64,000 nt of DNA from Massalongia carnosa (lineage: Eukaryota), in NCBI GenBank assembly GCA_965645245.1, contig OZ287068.1, forward strand, positions 2,852,001 through 2,916,000, given 5' to 3'. Below are positions 22,081 through 36,000 of the stretch, piece by piece. Within the stretch, counting starts at the first letter, position 1. Each line of letters starts with the position of its first letter. Under the pieces are notes generated by a model that ran no database searches, was not told where the DNA came from, and saw only the letters and a list, made by a program, of their open reading frames with translations. The position numbers and the translations under genes were made by a program.

Positions 22081-24375
22081 TCAAGCCTTGATCTCCTTGG
22101 GCATCTTCGAGCGTAATGTATTGATATCAGTCATCTAAAACTCCCGACAATCAGCAAAAGTCACTTCACGAGGTAAGTTTCGCTGCACGAGAGTAACAAA
22201 CCGCTGCTTTCCGTTTTCCCAGTACAGAATCCGGGGTCAAAGTCCTCAACGGTGTGTTGCCTCCCTCCTTCTTCACCTCAGAGTGACAGCTGGCATGATA
22301 GACTCGAGCACCAATCTTCACGGCATCCATCCATACAAAATCCTGCGCCTCCTCGTTCCAAGAGGTCTCAAAATTCTCTTGGCAGATGGGGCAGGGGGCG
22401 CTAGCAAGGGTAGAGTCATCAGGAACAGGTATGTATTTATTTTTGGGGTCATTCTTCGCCGCAATGGCGGCCGCCAGTGCTTTGGACTCCTCTATACCAT
22501 TGGCCGACCCTTCGACTCCTGCTTCGTTACTGTCCCTATACTTAATCCACTCCTGGCATGTTTATTAACGGCAAGGCCTTTGTAAAATGCTACCTTATTG
22601 GAGTGACTCACCAGCTCATCTACATACCAGCTGCGGCTCTGCCCTCTCTTTGCAGAGTCGGCAAGCCTCTGATTCGTTCGGAAATGCCAGTCAAGGTGCC
22701 TAGCTTTCTTTGCTCTTCCTTCTTCTGTTGCGAGATAACGTCGACCACAACTCCAGCATTGGTTCGGTTGAGCTTCGTATAATGTTGATATCAAATGAGG
22801 TCGACGTCTAAATTTTATAAGCAACTAATAGCAGCACAAACCGGGAGTACAAAAACGTACATTTTTAGAGATGCTGAAGAAAGCTGGACATCATTACGTA
22901 TCTCGATGGCTGTAGGTCTTGTGAAGTTAACAGAAGGTAAAGGTGGTGTTTGTGCTACACCTGTTGGGGGCGGAAACAGAAAAGAGGGTTGAGGAGGATG
23001 GGAAACACTGTTCACTGGTGTTGAAGGATTTGGTGGCAGTATACCAGCTGCTCTGAGCGACGCCATCAATGAAGTCTCGCCTATCACAGATGCAGGAACA
23101 AGAGTTATGGGAGGTTGTGATGATGGCAATTGAGTTGGCCGTAGGGGAATCTGCGGAACAGGTGGGGTTGGTTGGGACTTTGCCACCGAGTTTAAAAGGT
23201 CTGCTAATGCGTTAGATGACATCAGCGCCTGCAGATCTGGCTGTTGCTGTACTACAGGTAGAGGAGCAAGGGGGGGTGCCAGTGGGAGAGCCGGCTTTGG
23301 TACATTAACTGCCTGTCTTCGCGACGCAGCTAGCTGTGCAACTTGATCGCGGATCTGCTGTATTTGATCCGGAGGAAGTTGCTGACTTTTGAGGATGCTT
23401 TGAAGGTCGAATAATGCTTTCAACTGCCCTTGAATTGCTGGGTCCCAAGGGTTGGCTGCAAATTCATTCCTTGTGGTTGTGATTAAATCTGCTATATCCC
23501 GATGCAACGAATCTAAATTTGGCGATGGTTGTGGCTGCTGTACTGGTTGCTGTTGATACGATGTTGGAATTGGTTGAGGAGGCTGATACTGTGGATATGA
23601 TGTATACGGGGAGCGTGTCTTGCGCCACTCGTTAGCTAATTTCACAATATTGGACTTATCAACAACTCACTTGCATGTGGCCGTTCTGTAGGTTTTGTGG
23701 CGTATATACTTGAGCAGGAGGGGGCTGATACCGTCCACCGACTTGAGGCGGAGTGGGAGTGTTCTTCCAAGTTGCGGATGGTGTGGTGGTTGAACGTACT
23801 CTGGACATCATTTCTTGCTGAGACTTTGCCTGCAGCTGTTGCTGCTGTACGGCTAGTGTCCGTGCTTTGATTAGAGCATTCTCGATGGGTCTGGTAGTTT
23901 CAACCGGGAACACAGGCCGAGGATCCAAGGACCCAGGAACTGGTTCTTTCCAAGTCTTGAGCATCTCGTCCAATTTCTTGCGTACCTGATTGTTTACCAA
24001 ACTATACGCATTCATAAAGGTTTGATAGAGGTTGCGACCAAGGAAGAGTGTGTAAGGCGTCCCGACATTCTTGACAATGGAATCGAGAACATACAAAGCT
24101 GGGAGTTTACGATCGGGAGGCGTCTATCAAGGTTTTGTCAGAACACAAACTGAAACCCTCGACTAACAGACTATTGCCACAGTCTATGAAGAGGTCTCGG
24201 CACTCACGTTTCGAATATGGTTCTCCAAGACCCTAGATATTGCCATGCCATGCTCTGTGTTCTCCTTGGCAATAACTGTTAAATTGCTGATTTCATATCG
24301 CGAGTTCATAGTGAGATCTTCAAGAGAATTTTTGTAGTCTTCTGCGACCTCGTCGGACGGAAGTCCGGCAGACAT
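22081..24375 (-). CDS. PCF11: mRNA cleavage/termination factor Pcf11
   Basis: CID (LEDLTMNSRYEISNLTVIAKEN, YVLDSIVKNVG), zinc finger CWSCGRR...HLDWHF, Clp1-binding GQSRSWY, and second zinc finger CPICQE...YHASC. Confidence 0.95.
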
Positions 24376-26816
24376 GATGGATTGTGGATTGTAGGTGTGA
24401 TGGTGGTGGTGGTGGTGGTGATGGAAGGGCTCTGAATAAATGACTGGGGAGTTAGGAGGGAGTGCAGAGAAAAGAACACCTCTGGTGCGCGAACAATATG
24501 ATGGCGGGAAATCAGAAAGTGTTATTGATGTTTCGCTTTTTGAGCCCAACAACAAGCAAAAAGTGGCTGTCAATAGAGACCCCAGCAAAAGAAAAGCACG
24601 ATTGTTTTGAGTCGCTGCTAGCTAGACTTCCATATGGTATATGAACGTGTGACAAGAGCAAATGCTGGCTCGACACCACGATCCCTCCTCACATCAACAC
24701 CATCTCCCACCCAATGTCAATAAAGGTCGTTTCAAGCCCAGCCTACCTACACCTTGCGACCGAGCGAAAAATTCTGTGCAGTGAAAAGCTAGACGACAAG
24801 AGAAGAAGCATCAAGGGTTGTAGTACACGGTGATTTTTCTCAGTAAGTGTGAAAGTGTATAGGAGGGATATATCGAGGGTAATGTTTGTCTTCGAATGTT
24901 GTAAGACGAATTGAGACGGAATTTGGTAGAACAATGAAGCTTCCGTACTCTGTACGTAAAATTAATGCGACTAACGCGACTAGTGCGACTAATAACACTC
25001 TACGGAGTACTCTGTAAGGCTTAGCGGTTTATGAGTCAAGGGGAATCTGTGAAGCTAAACTACTTCGGCTGTATGAATGCCGGTCACTGTTGCGTCATTT
25101 GGTCACCTCTTGTACTTAAGGAGCTCTTCCACCCTAATACAACCTTAGCCATAACCCCAAAAAACATTCCATACCTCAAGCATGCGGTCTCTTCACCTGA
25201 TCGCTTTCCTTACGCTTCTACTGCTGGGATTTAGCGCCAACATTGACCCGGATCATCGAGTCCTCATCACCTACCCCAAAGACACCTCTTCATCCTTCTT
25301 AGATAGTGTCAGGACCCGTATCGAAGCCGCTGTACGTTAAAAAAAAAAACCAAGATCTATCTGATGCGATCACTGAGGTTAACACAATTCTTCAATAAAG
25401 GGTGGCGAAATCCTTCATGAATTTGGTCTGTTCATCCTCCTGTTGCACGCCGCATGGGATCCTATGTCGACAATGATCTGCTAACTTCCCCTTTTATAGA
25501 TCTTATTAAGTAATGCCCGCCATCATAGCCATCTGCATCTGTCTCGTCTCAAGAAGGATCAAAAGCACTAACATTAAACAATAGGGGCTTCGTTGTCAAA
25601 GTCTCGGCAAAAGCGCTTGTAACATTCAATACTCCTCCTTTAATCTCAGGGCCTGAGCCCACGATCGAAGACGACGGCCCTGTGCAAATCCTACAGGAAT
25701 CAATATAATGAGAGGGGTTGAGCTAACATAAGCTGTTCATGAGACTGTATACTTGAGGTCGATTTCCGGGAGTTTAATGCTGAATATGAGATACCCGAGC
25801 TTGGAAAGTCCGGCGTTTTGGCGCGCTTGCTAGGCTGTTTCTCTTCAGGGCAGGTGGAAAAGAGATTATTTTATCTTTTCCAAAAAAAAAATCAGGAATA
25901 CAAATATACCTCATGAAGCACCTCAGCGGAAGGTCTGAATCTAATATCTTACCTTTACATCTCTTACTGCCTTTCATGTTGAAAACATCAACCTTTTCAA
26001 TTTTCTTTATACTAATTACCTTCTATTCCTCCTCCTATCATACTATTTCTTCTTCTTATTCTCTCTAGTGTAGTGCTGGGAAGGAGACTAAAAGGTAGGT
26101 ATGGAGGTACCGAAGTAGGAAGGAAGTGAGAAAAGAAAGGAATTTAAGGAGAGAATTTTATAGGGAAATAAGAAAAGTGATAGAAATCAGTAGGTAGGTA
26201 TCCAAAGGTTAGAAAGCGAAGGAGAGTCAAGGTTGAAAACACCAAATGCACAAAACATGTGTAATGGGGGGTATACGAGCAAAACCAAATTTCAAGGGGT
26301 TTTGGGAGGCCTAAAGGACGATTTCTTGCAAGTACACTTTATCCTTAATGAAGCAATAAAGCCAAAACCTTTAATCACTGTTTGCCCCGAGTCGACTAGA
26401 ATCTCCCTTAAAACCGGGGATAGATTACCTTCCATAAAGTAGGTATTTCCCAATAAAACCATAGAAAGAGGCAAATAAGAGATCTCCAGCCAAATAGTTG
26501 ACTTTTCTTCCAGTTAGGATAAAGGGGCTGCTTTCCAAAAACGCAAATGTACGATTTTCATATTCAAGCTGAAACGTCTTCTGGAGTGTGTAGTGCACAG
26601 TCTTACGCCCCTGGATTTAAGAACCTAGTCGAATTACAAAGCGCATTTCCCATCATCTCATCCTACAGAAACAACCTCCGAGCTGTCGTAGAGAAAATCC
26701 ACTGCCTCGTGTTCACATTTCAGAACCCAATAGGAAAGAGAGAGCTCTTTCCTCAAACCCCGAAGCCCTAGGCTATGGCGCTCCGAATCTTGCTCAAAAA
26801 TTCATATCTCCACGGT

Positions 26817-28342
26817 TTACCTCCTTGGTCCCTTCCCTAACGGTAACGTCTGCCTCGCCTTCATCCTCCTAAATGCGTCCTCGCCGCTTGCCCCCAGTGG
26901 CCTCGAATACACTCCACCTTCCACCCGGTTATTTTTGGGGACAATGGTGTAGGTCTTTGCCTCGTTATCCACCCTCGCGCGGAGCGGATTCTTAACCGGG
27001 GGCGCTAGTGCACGTTCCCGAGCCTGCGCCGCTAGCTCGGCCGTAGTTGGAGTTTTGGATGCTGAGGCGCCGTGCAGACCGTTGCGATGAACCAGTCTAG
27101 TAGTCGGATCGTACTCCGCGCTGACGAGGACACGTTTGCGATAATCGTCACTACGCTTGAGAATCGGCCTGGTCCAATCGCCAAGAAGGCGCTCTGCTTG
27201 GCGTTTGATGGTCAACTCGGGTTTCTTGCTTTTCGTATAGAAGAGGACGACCTTGCCAATGCCGCTGGAGATGAGGGATTCCTTGTCAATCGGGAGTTTT
27301 GCAAGTGAGGCGAAGAGTTCACGCTGAATGTTGTAGGCAGGCAAGCTACCGTCGCTGAGAGGCTCAAGGAAGAAGCGAACAGATTCCAAGAGATTGTTTT
27401 CAGGGTCTACAATAGCGGATTCGACGTCTCGATTGTTGCGGTTCAAGAGCGCAGTCACTTCGGGAAGTAGACACAGCTTATGCTTGGCTGGTCGCGGAGG
27501 CTTTTGATTCCGCGCCTCCACGTCGAGTTCCGCGGCCTCAGACATGCGGTGGCGGAGGGAGGCGATTTCTTCATCTATTATGTTTGTAATATCCTTTTGA
27601 GAGTTTAACTTATTACTAGGAGGCATTAGAGAACCTTTCTGAGATAGACTTACAATTCCATCTCCCCTTCGACGCCGTTTTGTTGGGTTTTTTAAAGCCG
27701 CATCCATTGCTCGATCAAGCGCACGTCTTCGCCCTGGCAAGTAACACATGTGAGACCACAATCCGGCTTGGATCGAATGGGACTAGGCTTTGACTTACTC
27801 TCTTCTGGATCCAATGCCTCTTCATTCTCAGGAGTAGCTTTCCGAACCCTGACCTTATCCCTCCTTACGCTACCCCCACTTTCCGCAGTAGGTTTCTTCT
27901 TTCTAGCCCTCTTTCCTTCTATCTCCTGGCCTCCACTGAAATCATCGTCGTCGTCATCGTCGTCTCGCTTCTTCCTTGTCTTCTTGGGTTTTTCCCGTTT
28001 ACCCTCCTTTTTCTTCTTTTTAATCCCTTCCCCATCGGTAAGTTCTCCATCTCGCTTACGCTTGTGACGACCCAAAAGCCTCACATTATCTTCATCAACA
28101 GCGATCGCTGGTCGATCATCGATGGCAACGTTGGCAGGGTCGAAATCTTCAAATTGAGCTTCGTCGACGTCGGATAGGATGGAGTCGTTATCAGATTCAT
28201 CAGCATCCACGTCAGCAGTAGGATTACTGATAGGTGCAGTGGGGGGGTCATGATCATCATAAAGCAGTTGGTTTGGGTCACCAGGGTCGTGTCCGGCCTC
28301 TGGGAGTGGAGAGAGATCCCTTGAATATGAGCGGGAAGACAT
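26817..28342 (-). CDS. IWS1: Transcription elongation factor Iws1/Spn1
   Basis: Acidic/basic N-terminus; FLEPLSDGSLPAYNIQRELF, SGIGKVVLFY, WTRPILKRSDDY. Confidence 0.95.
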
Positions 28343-28823
28343 GGTGGTGGTTACAAGGATAGAAAGAAAGAAAGAAAGGGAAATCAGAATAAGCAATTGC
28401 TTGCACAAGCTTCAGTTCTGTATGATAGGTGAGATTTGGATCCAAATAATAATATGCAGAATGCCAGATATGATGGAGAATTTTTATAGGTGTTGAAGCG
28501 AATCGACATCTTTGTTTCGAAAGACTCAGCCTAGCCTTATCTGGCTCCTTATTGTATCCACGTTGAACAGACGAGGAAATGTGAGAGAAAACCGAGAGGC
28601 TTCCAGTAAGCTAACTAACCCAATATGAAATGCTTTAGCCAAATTGACCAGACATGACAGGGCGTACCTATTTAGCTAAACCTAATTTGGTGTTTACGTG
28701 CCAGATGAGCCTATGGTACCCTGGCCTTAAACTTGTCGAATATCTTTATATCAAATAATACATCCACCCAAATCTCTCCCCGCCCACGACCATAATTGCG
28801 ATCCATTTCGACTAAAAGCGAAT

Positions 28824-29230
28824 ATGTTTGGCGGCCGTAAGCACCCTAATTGCCTACTATAAGCTCCCAACGATCCCCATCAACTGACTTGCCTTGCAGC
28901 GCCCCCCGATCCCCCGAGCAAAGCCGAGCTCAAGGTGCTTCCTCCTCCCTGTCCTCAACTATATCTGCGCATTTTATCGAGGCAACCTGATAGCTGTAAA
29001 AATCCTCGATGCACCAGAAGTGCTAATTACAGACAGTTCAGGCGGCTGAAGATGAAGCGTATCTGACAGTGCAGAGGGTCGCCATTGGGAGCGTATTCCT
29101 CTATCTATGTAAGCTTACCCATAGCCTGCAGTACCTGTATCGCATGGGTGAGGCGAAGGGGCACTTAGCTGATAATTGATATTGCTGGGCAGCACCATTC
29201 GTTATCGACTACGTTAGGAAATTAATATAA
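28824..29230 (+). CDS. TOM5: Mitochondrial import receptor subunit Tom5 (4 short exons; absent from the ORF track)
   Basis: Exons 28824-28836, 28900-28934, 29042-29108 and 29193-29230 splice to MFGGPPPDPPSKAELKAAEDEAYLTVQRVAIGSVFLYLSPFVIDYVRKLI*, which matches the fungal Tom5 pattern (LYLSPF tail anchor). Confidence 0.9.
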
Positions 29231-29440
29231 TGGATGGAGCCGGGATCGGGGTTCTACGTAAGGTGAAGCTAGGTGTACATTTGTGGAGAAAGGGTTTGCG
29301 GTGTTGGAGCCAAAGGGTTGTAAACTACTGGAGGTGGCATCAATACTGATTTACTACATCTATATTACATATCAGTCACCAAAGCCGGGCGCACCTGAAC
29401 AAAATGAATGTAAAAGCATGCTATTCCTATCCTGGTCTAT

Positions 29441-30983
29441 TTATCTTAAGCTCCCATTAATGGCCGGGGTAGGCTGCTCCCACTCCGCAAAATCCTTCTG
29501 GATTTGCGCCAACTCCTTCGTTAAATGCGACAGCTGCGAATTGTAGTCTTCCAGGATCTATTTCCACCATTAGTCATCTTCACCCTGAAAAATAACGAGG
29601 TTTAGCTTACCTTGCTCGCCCTTTTCATGACCTCCTCGTCAATCTCTAGTCCCTGATCCTGTCCCAAGGTCTTCCCCAATTTCTCCGACTCACGCTGAAT
29701 CTGTCTTCCCCTCTCCCTCACACTCACCATCCTTGCCCAAATCTCTTCTGCCCTCCCATTCAGCGCTGGATCAAACACATTCTTTTCCAGACGTAATATC
29801 TTCTCCCTTAGCATCTCTTCAGCGCCATCCATTGCATAGCCCCTATTCCTAAGCACCTGAACCTTTGCGGCTAAGCTCAAGCATTGATGATTTAATTGTA
29901 GATGCTTTCTCCTGCACTCCGTGGCACGAGCCGAAATCTGCAGATCATGCTTTCTCAACAGATCCGTTAGGCCATTATTTATCTCATGCAGACGTCCTTG
30001 TAGAATTTGGAGACAACCCCATTGCGTCTCCATACGACTTCTCAGCTGACTAAAACCCCTAACTATGACCGGAATAGACCCTGGGGAAGGTCGCTTGCGA
30101 AGCGCCTCCTCCCATTTCACTTCATCATCCTGTGGTCCTGGAGCGTAGAAAGGAGCTTGATCTGGAGATACAGCATTATAGAGATAAGTTTGAAACAGAG
30201 TATCAAGGGATAAGGGGTTCCATTTCGAAGCGGCGGTTTCGATTTGCGAGATTACCGATCTCGGACCTACAGCAAAGGTAATTAGTGTGGCCTCGAGGAT
30301 TATTTAGGAGCTTTGCATGGCATACGGGGTAATGATTCCGAATCCTGCCAAAGCTTTGTCTGGTTTTGCGTAATGGAACCTCCATGATGTAGACCTTGCT
30401 GCTGTTGCTGCTGGGAGGTCTGGTTTGTGGTAGAAAAAAGCGAGCCACTGAATGGATTTTGTTGAGCCTGCGGCTGAGGCTGGTTTGTGCCCGCCCCAAG
30501 CTGTCCAAATATATTAGTACTTCCTAGTTGTGGCTGCTGTTGATTCGGAATGCCGAACATGCTATTCTGTTGGGGCTGTTGATTGGAAGTGCCAAAGGTG
30601 CTGCTGCTTTGTTGAGGCTGCTGCTGTTGCTGTGGTTGGTTAAGACCACCAAATAGGCTAGGGGGCTGCTGTTGTTGTTGTTGTCCAAAAATACCTCCAC
30701 CCAGCTGTTGCTGAGGTTGCGCCGACCCGAAGATTGAGATCGCTTGCTGCGGCTGAGTAGCCGGATTGCTCGTGCCCAAGCCTCCAAAAGGGTTACCTTG
30801 GGATACCGACGTGAATGGGTTCGAGGTTGCCTGTTGCTGATTGCTCGTGCCGGTGGCTAGGGGTGGTGCTAAGGTAAGGGCATTGGGCTTCTTTAATCCG
30901 GCATTCAAAGAGAAAGGACTCGTGGCTTGCGCTGGCTGAGGGGTACCAAACGCTGAAGAAGACGATGGGCCGAATAGTGACAT
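29441..30983 (-). CDS. NUP57: FG nucleoporin Nup57/Nup54
   Basis: SLFG/GIFG/Q-rich N-terminus; KWEEAL..., IPVIVRGF, KVQVLRNRGYAMDGAEE and GRAEEIWARM coiled-coil domain. Confidence 0.9.
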
Positions 30984-31327
30984 ATTTGCTGAGTTTAGAG
31001 AACTAGAAGACAAAATCCAATGCGGACGAGGATGACAATGACGCACTCAGCACGTCAAACCTTCATTCATAGAGCATTCCGTAGTATGGGTTTTCTCATC
31101 GAGATCGTAACCTAAAGAAATATACCTAAAGAACCTCGAGAAGGAAGGATGCCTCACCAACAAGACGGAAGCGGGTCCAGAAGCTCCGACTGTTATTTTT
31201 TTCCCGCGTTGGTTCCCACCGCGCGCTCCTTCCGTCGACCAATCACATGATCCCAGAGAACATCCTCCATCCCTCCAACTCCCCCCACTCCACACTCCCT
31301 TGTTACCTTCCACCCAGCCCTTCAAAA

Positions 31328-32267
31328 ATGGCAGCCCGCCAACCCAAGTATTTCACCTCTCGTTTACTCGAACACCCCTCCTACTCCCTCGATTTGCCTT
31401 CCTTGGAAAGTCCGCATCTCCGCTAACAACTCCCAAAACCACAGATTTAACCAAAAGGTCCTCCTCGACACTACGCCCCTCCCCGACAACGTGCCAAAAG
31501 TGGCCGAAATAGGTGTCAGCTCGGCGCCGTTGCTCAGCGCCTCCTTCTTCATTGGCGCTCGCTGCAAGCCATTCAATGATGACTACATGGTCTGCAAAAC
31601 GGAGGCGAATGGCCGGGGGGAAATCGAGTGTATGCGCGAGGGCAGAAAGGTGACGAGGTGCGCGGCTAGTGTGTGAGTCCCTTTTTTTCATTTGACATGG
31701 AACGATAGCTACAGGTTTTTGGACGGAGGGGCTTTATGGGGCAGGGGACGGAGCAAAGGGTTCGTGAAATCAAGAGCCTGGAAGGCGCGCTCATGGGATT
31801 CTCCTGCGTTTTCTACGTGAAATCCCATCGGCTAATGTTCCCCCCCCCCCCAAGTCTGAACGACATCAACAAATCCTGCCTAGAACAGTTCCGCGCTCAC
31901 TGGGAATGTCTCGAGCAAAACAATCAGCAGCTCTGGCACTGTCGCCCCGCCGAAACGGCGCTCAACGCCTGCGTCTTCGAGAAGCTGGTGCGTTTTCCTT
32001 ACGCTCGTTTCTTTTGTCTTTCCTCATCACTGTTACCATCTTTTACTTCAAGCCTCAAAAGTATCCACCTCCAGTCTCTCGCTTTTGAGGATCGTTGGGT
32101 GAGAACTTACGAGAGAAACAAAGCATGAAGAAAGAAAGAAGAAAAAAGGCTAAATTGTAGAAAAATCAAAACTGCAGAATCTCACTAAAACCATTCCCGG
32201 TACGCCGGCGAATGAAACCCCTGTGCACCTGCGAGAACGGCAGATTTACTCGCAGAATTGGTCGTGA
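31328..32267 (+). CDS. NDUFA8: NADH:ubiquinone oxidoreductase 20.8-kDa subunit (NDUFA8 family, CX9C)
   Basis: SAPLLSASFFIGARCKPFNDDYMVCK...ECMREGRKVTRCA...CLEQFRAHWECLEQNNQQLWHCRPAE..LNACVF; 4 exons. Confidence 0.93.
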
Positions 32268-33009
32268 TGGGGAAAGTTAAGGGAGGGTACTACATTACTT
32301 GAAGGAAGCAGAAAATTGAACATAATGATAAAAGGTGTAATTCGGCTTACAGTCTTCAGCTGTACGGAGTATCTTAAATTCAGTCTCCTCGCGTGCTTTG
32401 TGTTTGCTTTTCTCGTCTTGTGGAGTCATTGGTATGTGCGGAAGATAGACTTACAAAAATTATGATACTGCAAACACAAGGCGAGCATATGGAAAAAAGA
32501 ACGTTCTCGCCGGGGGACAGTATGTATTTCCTGATTGCTGTCTCTATCTACATAGGTAATCTCGTGGCCTTGCCCCGCTTAGATATGCTGTGGCAGAAGA
32601 TGAAAGAGAAGAAAAAGGACGGATTTTTGTGCAACTTTGCTTTCCAGAGCCAACATGGCATCCGCTTTCTAGGGTAAGACAGGGGGCACGGATTTAGAAC
32701 AGAGACACCGAAAGACAGCCGAGATTTTGATCACTTATTTAGATCGAATGGGACCATCTACTGTAACGCAGATAGGTTGAATGAGTTTGCAACCACGTCC
32801 AACCCATGCAATAAAGACTCCTATTATCTGCTCCGACCAGGATCTGAGTACTTATCAAGAAGAGTCATCGGCAATTAAAAGAATGTAGCTTTCGATTTGT
32901 CCTGAAACAGACAGCTGCCAAAAAGAGATGATGGATCACCACATGCAGCGGCTAGGTGGACGTTAGATGGGGCAGTTCATTATAGCCTAACGCTTTCGAA
33001 AAAACCGTT

Positions 33010-36000
33010 TTACCGCGTAAACGCCTTAAGCTCCCGCGCTTGTCTGGCCAAGGTCGCGATTTTTCGTAAAGCTTGGTCGTGTGGGTTTCCCTCGGCGATG
33101 CGCATGTATTCGCCTTCGAGGCGCTGACTGAGCACATCCATGATGCGAGGCGCGACTTCTCGAAGTTCGGGGTCCTGGACCAGTGGAGATGTTAACTATT
33201 TTGCTCTTGTAGATGATTTTAAAGGCTACGGAAATGAGGGGAAACTTACGTTTGGGTCTATGATTGCAAATACCGTTTCTAGCCAAGCCAGACGTTCCAT
33301 AATGTTGTTCTCAAGAGAAGAAGTAACAGCTGCGCCCACCGAGAGAACCACGAGCAGCGGAAGATGCTGGAGATAGGAGGGGTTATAGCGAACTAGGAAG
33401 CTGTCATAAATAGCGGCTTGCTGGTTTGATTGAATCCACTGGAAGAAGCATTAGTTCTCGTAACAGGATCCGCTAGAGCAACACAACTAACCTGGATTGT
33501 ACTCTCTTCAAAGCGACCCTCAATCATCAAATTCGTGATCATTTCTAGCTCCTCTTGTTCGGGCGACCTGGGAGGCAACGAGGACTCGATCGGGCCCTGT
33601 TGGTCATGTCCTTGGGATGAAGCTGCATTATTCGGCCCACCTTGGCGATCTTGGGCCGCTTGTTGCTGCAGCTTAAGAATTTCTTGCTGAAAATCCGACT
33701 GCGCAGCCGCCATCATATGTACGGTCTCCGAAAGCCCACGAACAAGTGCCGTCAACTGATCGACTTTTGCAGCGTCATCTCGACGCTGGATTTCTGCTCT
33801 CCGTAAATGCTCATGGACACGATTTTCTGTATCGACTCCTGAATTTTGTGCCACACTAACGGCCAAATTCTGAAAAGCAGGAATGATCGTATTGTGGAGG
33901 GCAGCATTGAGTTCCTTTTCTACATGACCAGCTACCTTGCCACTGAGTTGCTCGGCGATCATTCGAAGAACATCTGGGTTTTGAACACCATGACTAATAG
34001 CTTCTGGCAAAGCTAGCTTGAGCACCGGGGGAATGATATGCTGTAGCTGCTGAGACAAAATCTCGGAGACTCGCTTATCGAGAACAGATGAGGTAATATC
34101 AGCAATGGATGGGACAACCACCTGTTGAATACTTGTCATGACTATACGCGACAATGCTTTGTCAACATTATCACCCAAAGTGCTCGAAACAAGACGAAGG
34201 ATTGCATCTTGCTTTGCTGCACCGGCAGCGTCCTGAATACGCTTATCCTCGGCGAAACGCTGGTACAGTGAACCTAACTCTCGACTAAGGGCTTTGTTGA
34301 ACTCTCCGGAAACCCCGATTTCAATCTTCTTGAGCTCTTTGTCCAATAAGTCGCCAGTTATACTTAACTGGACAGGCTCGCCATTTCCATTCGGACGGCC
34401 GGGATAGTCGTCCGCCAAAGACCCTGTGAGCTCTGGAGCGTCCCGAGATGTTGTTGTGTAGTTTCCAGGTCGACTTGCCTCCTTTGTTGGACTCGATACA
34501 AATGAGGGTGCTTCCAGCGGCTCTTGCTGAGCTAGGTTGGCGTTAGAGTTTGAGTTGATTGGTTTCTGTGAAGGGCCAGCTGTATTCTCGTTCTCATACG
34601 ACTGATTATCTGCTACTGCTCCCTGGCGCTTCTTCTTTTTCTTCTCTAGCTTTTCAGGGTTGATTTTCGAGGTCACAACGGCCGCAGCGGTGCTAGACTC
34701 TTGGGTCTGGGCATCCCGTCTCGCCGTCGGCATAGGACTCGCTCTAGCTGCAACCTTAGATCGCGTATTTTGTGCTGCGCCAGTAGAAGTCGTGGCGGCT
34801 GGGTTACCGTCACCGTTGTTGGATGATGGATCGCTTAAGTAACCCAACTGGGGCTCTCTCATGTCTTTAACAACAATCAAGCCCTCTTTTTCAGCATCTA
34901 TTGGAATATACACTTTGCTTTCCTTTGACCAACCAAGGTCTTCTCTCTTGATAGCCACGCAGGCAACACCTTTAGAGTGCATTACGTACAATTCAAATAG
35001 CACAGGGTCTTCGGTACCGTCCGTTAACTTCATGGGATCTGTTGGAAATGATACTAACTCAACACTTCGTAACTGGCCGATATTTGAGAAAGTGTACTCT
35101 CTTATACCACTTAGTATCGCTGTAGCTTCTGGCTTAGGCAAGGATGTGTCCTTGTTGGCTAATCGCTGCACGAATTTAGCCTGTGATATCGGAGGAAGAT
35201 TGTATTTTGGTGCGGATAGATGGATCAAATAGATTGAGTTGCGTGTTGGGTGACCAACAACAACTATACCAGAAGTAGGGTGATATGAAACGCTGCAGAT
35301 AGCATCGGACTCTTTCTCGTGGGGAAAATTCACTTCTTGAACAGCCTTGCCCAGACAAAGATCCCAGAGCTGTAAAGTATGATTTTGTTTCATTCCAACA
35401 ACCACATATCTCAGAGCAACGCCTTTGGTATAAGGCCGCGGTTTATCAACAAGAAGAACCGATGTAGGCCACGACTTCTCATTGGTACGAGTGGTCACGA
35501 ATGTCAGAATTGGGAATTTGATATCGATCGGCGGAAGGGCTGAGGGAAACGCATTATCTTCATCCACCAAGTCCCTAATGTCCCAGAATCTGAGTCTCCC
35601 GGTTTTATCCAAAGTTAAGATTGTAGTGTCGTCCTCGCTGAAGGTAAAGTCCTTACCAGCTTTCCCAGTGCTAATTTTTAAAACACGGTCCTTGAAGTAC
35701 TTTTCCGTGTCAACAATTGATCCATCATTGATGGACTTAGATCTACGTGCATGTGCAGGAAAGACAATCTGGATTGATTTTCCCCGTCCGATCGCAAAGA
35801 AGTCTGGGCTTCGACTACTCTTCTTTGCCCGAGTCTTCAATTGCCCGCCGGATGAATTGTCGGAGTGAGCAGGCCATGGTTTGAATATTAAGCCGTTCTC
35901 TTCCATATCATCTGCGAACTGTTCTTCTTCGGGCTTGAAGACAGTTGCCCAGTAGACGGTCCCACTTACACCAGTTGCAATAACGTTTTGAAAACCATGG

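Noticed and set aside
24184..24588. Poly-His N-terminal extension of Pcf11
   Set aside because: It comes from a (CAC)n microsatellite in the 5' UTR with a non-ATG start; the conserved protein begins at ATG 24375.
24966..24992. Short tandem repeats (GCGACTA x3; also AAGAAGATT x3 near 40950 and GATCAT x3 near 56470)
   Set aside because: Ordinary slippage repeats without spacers; not CRISPR-like.
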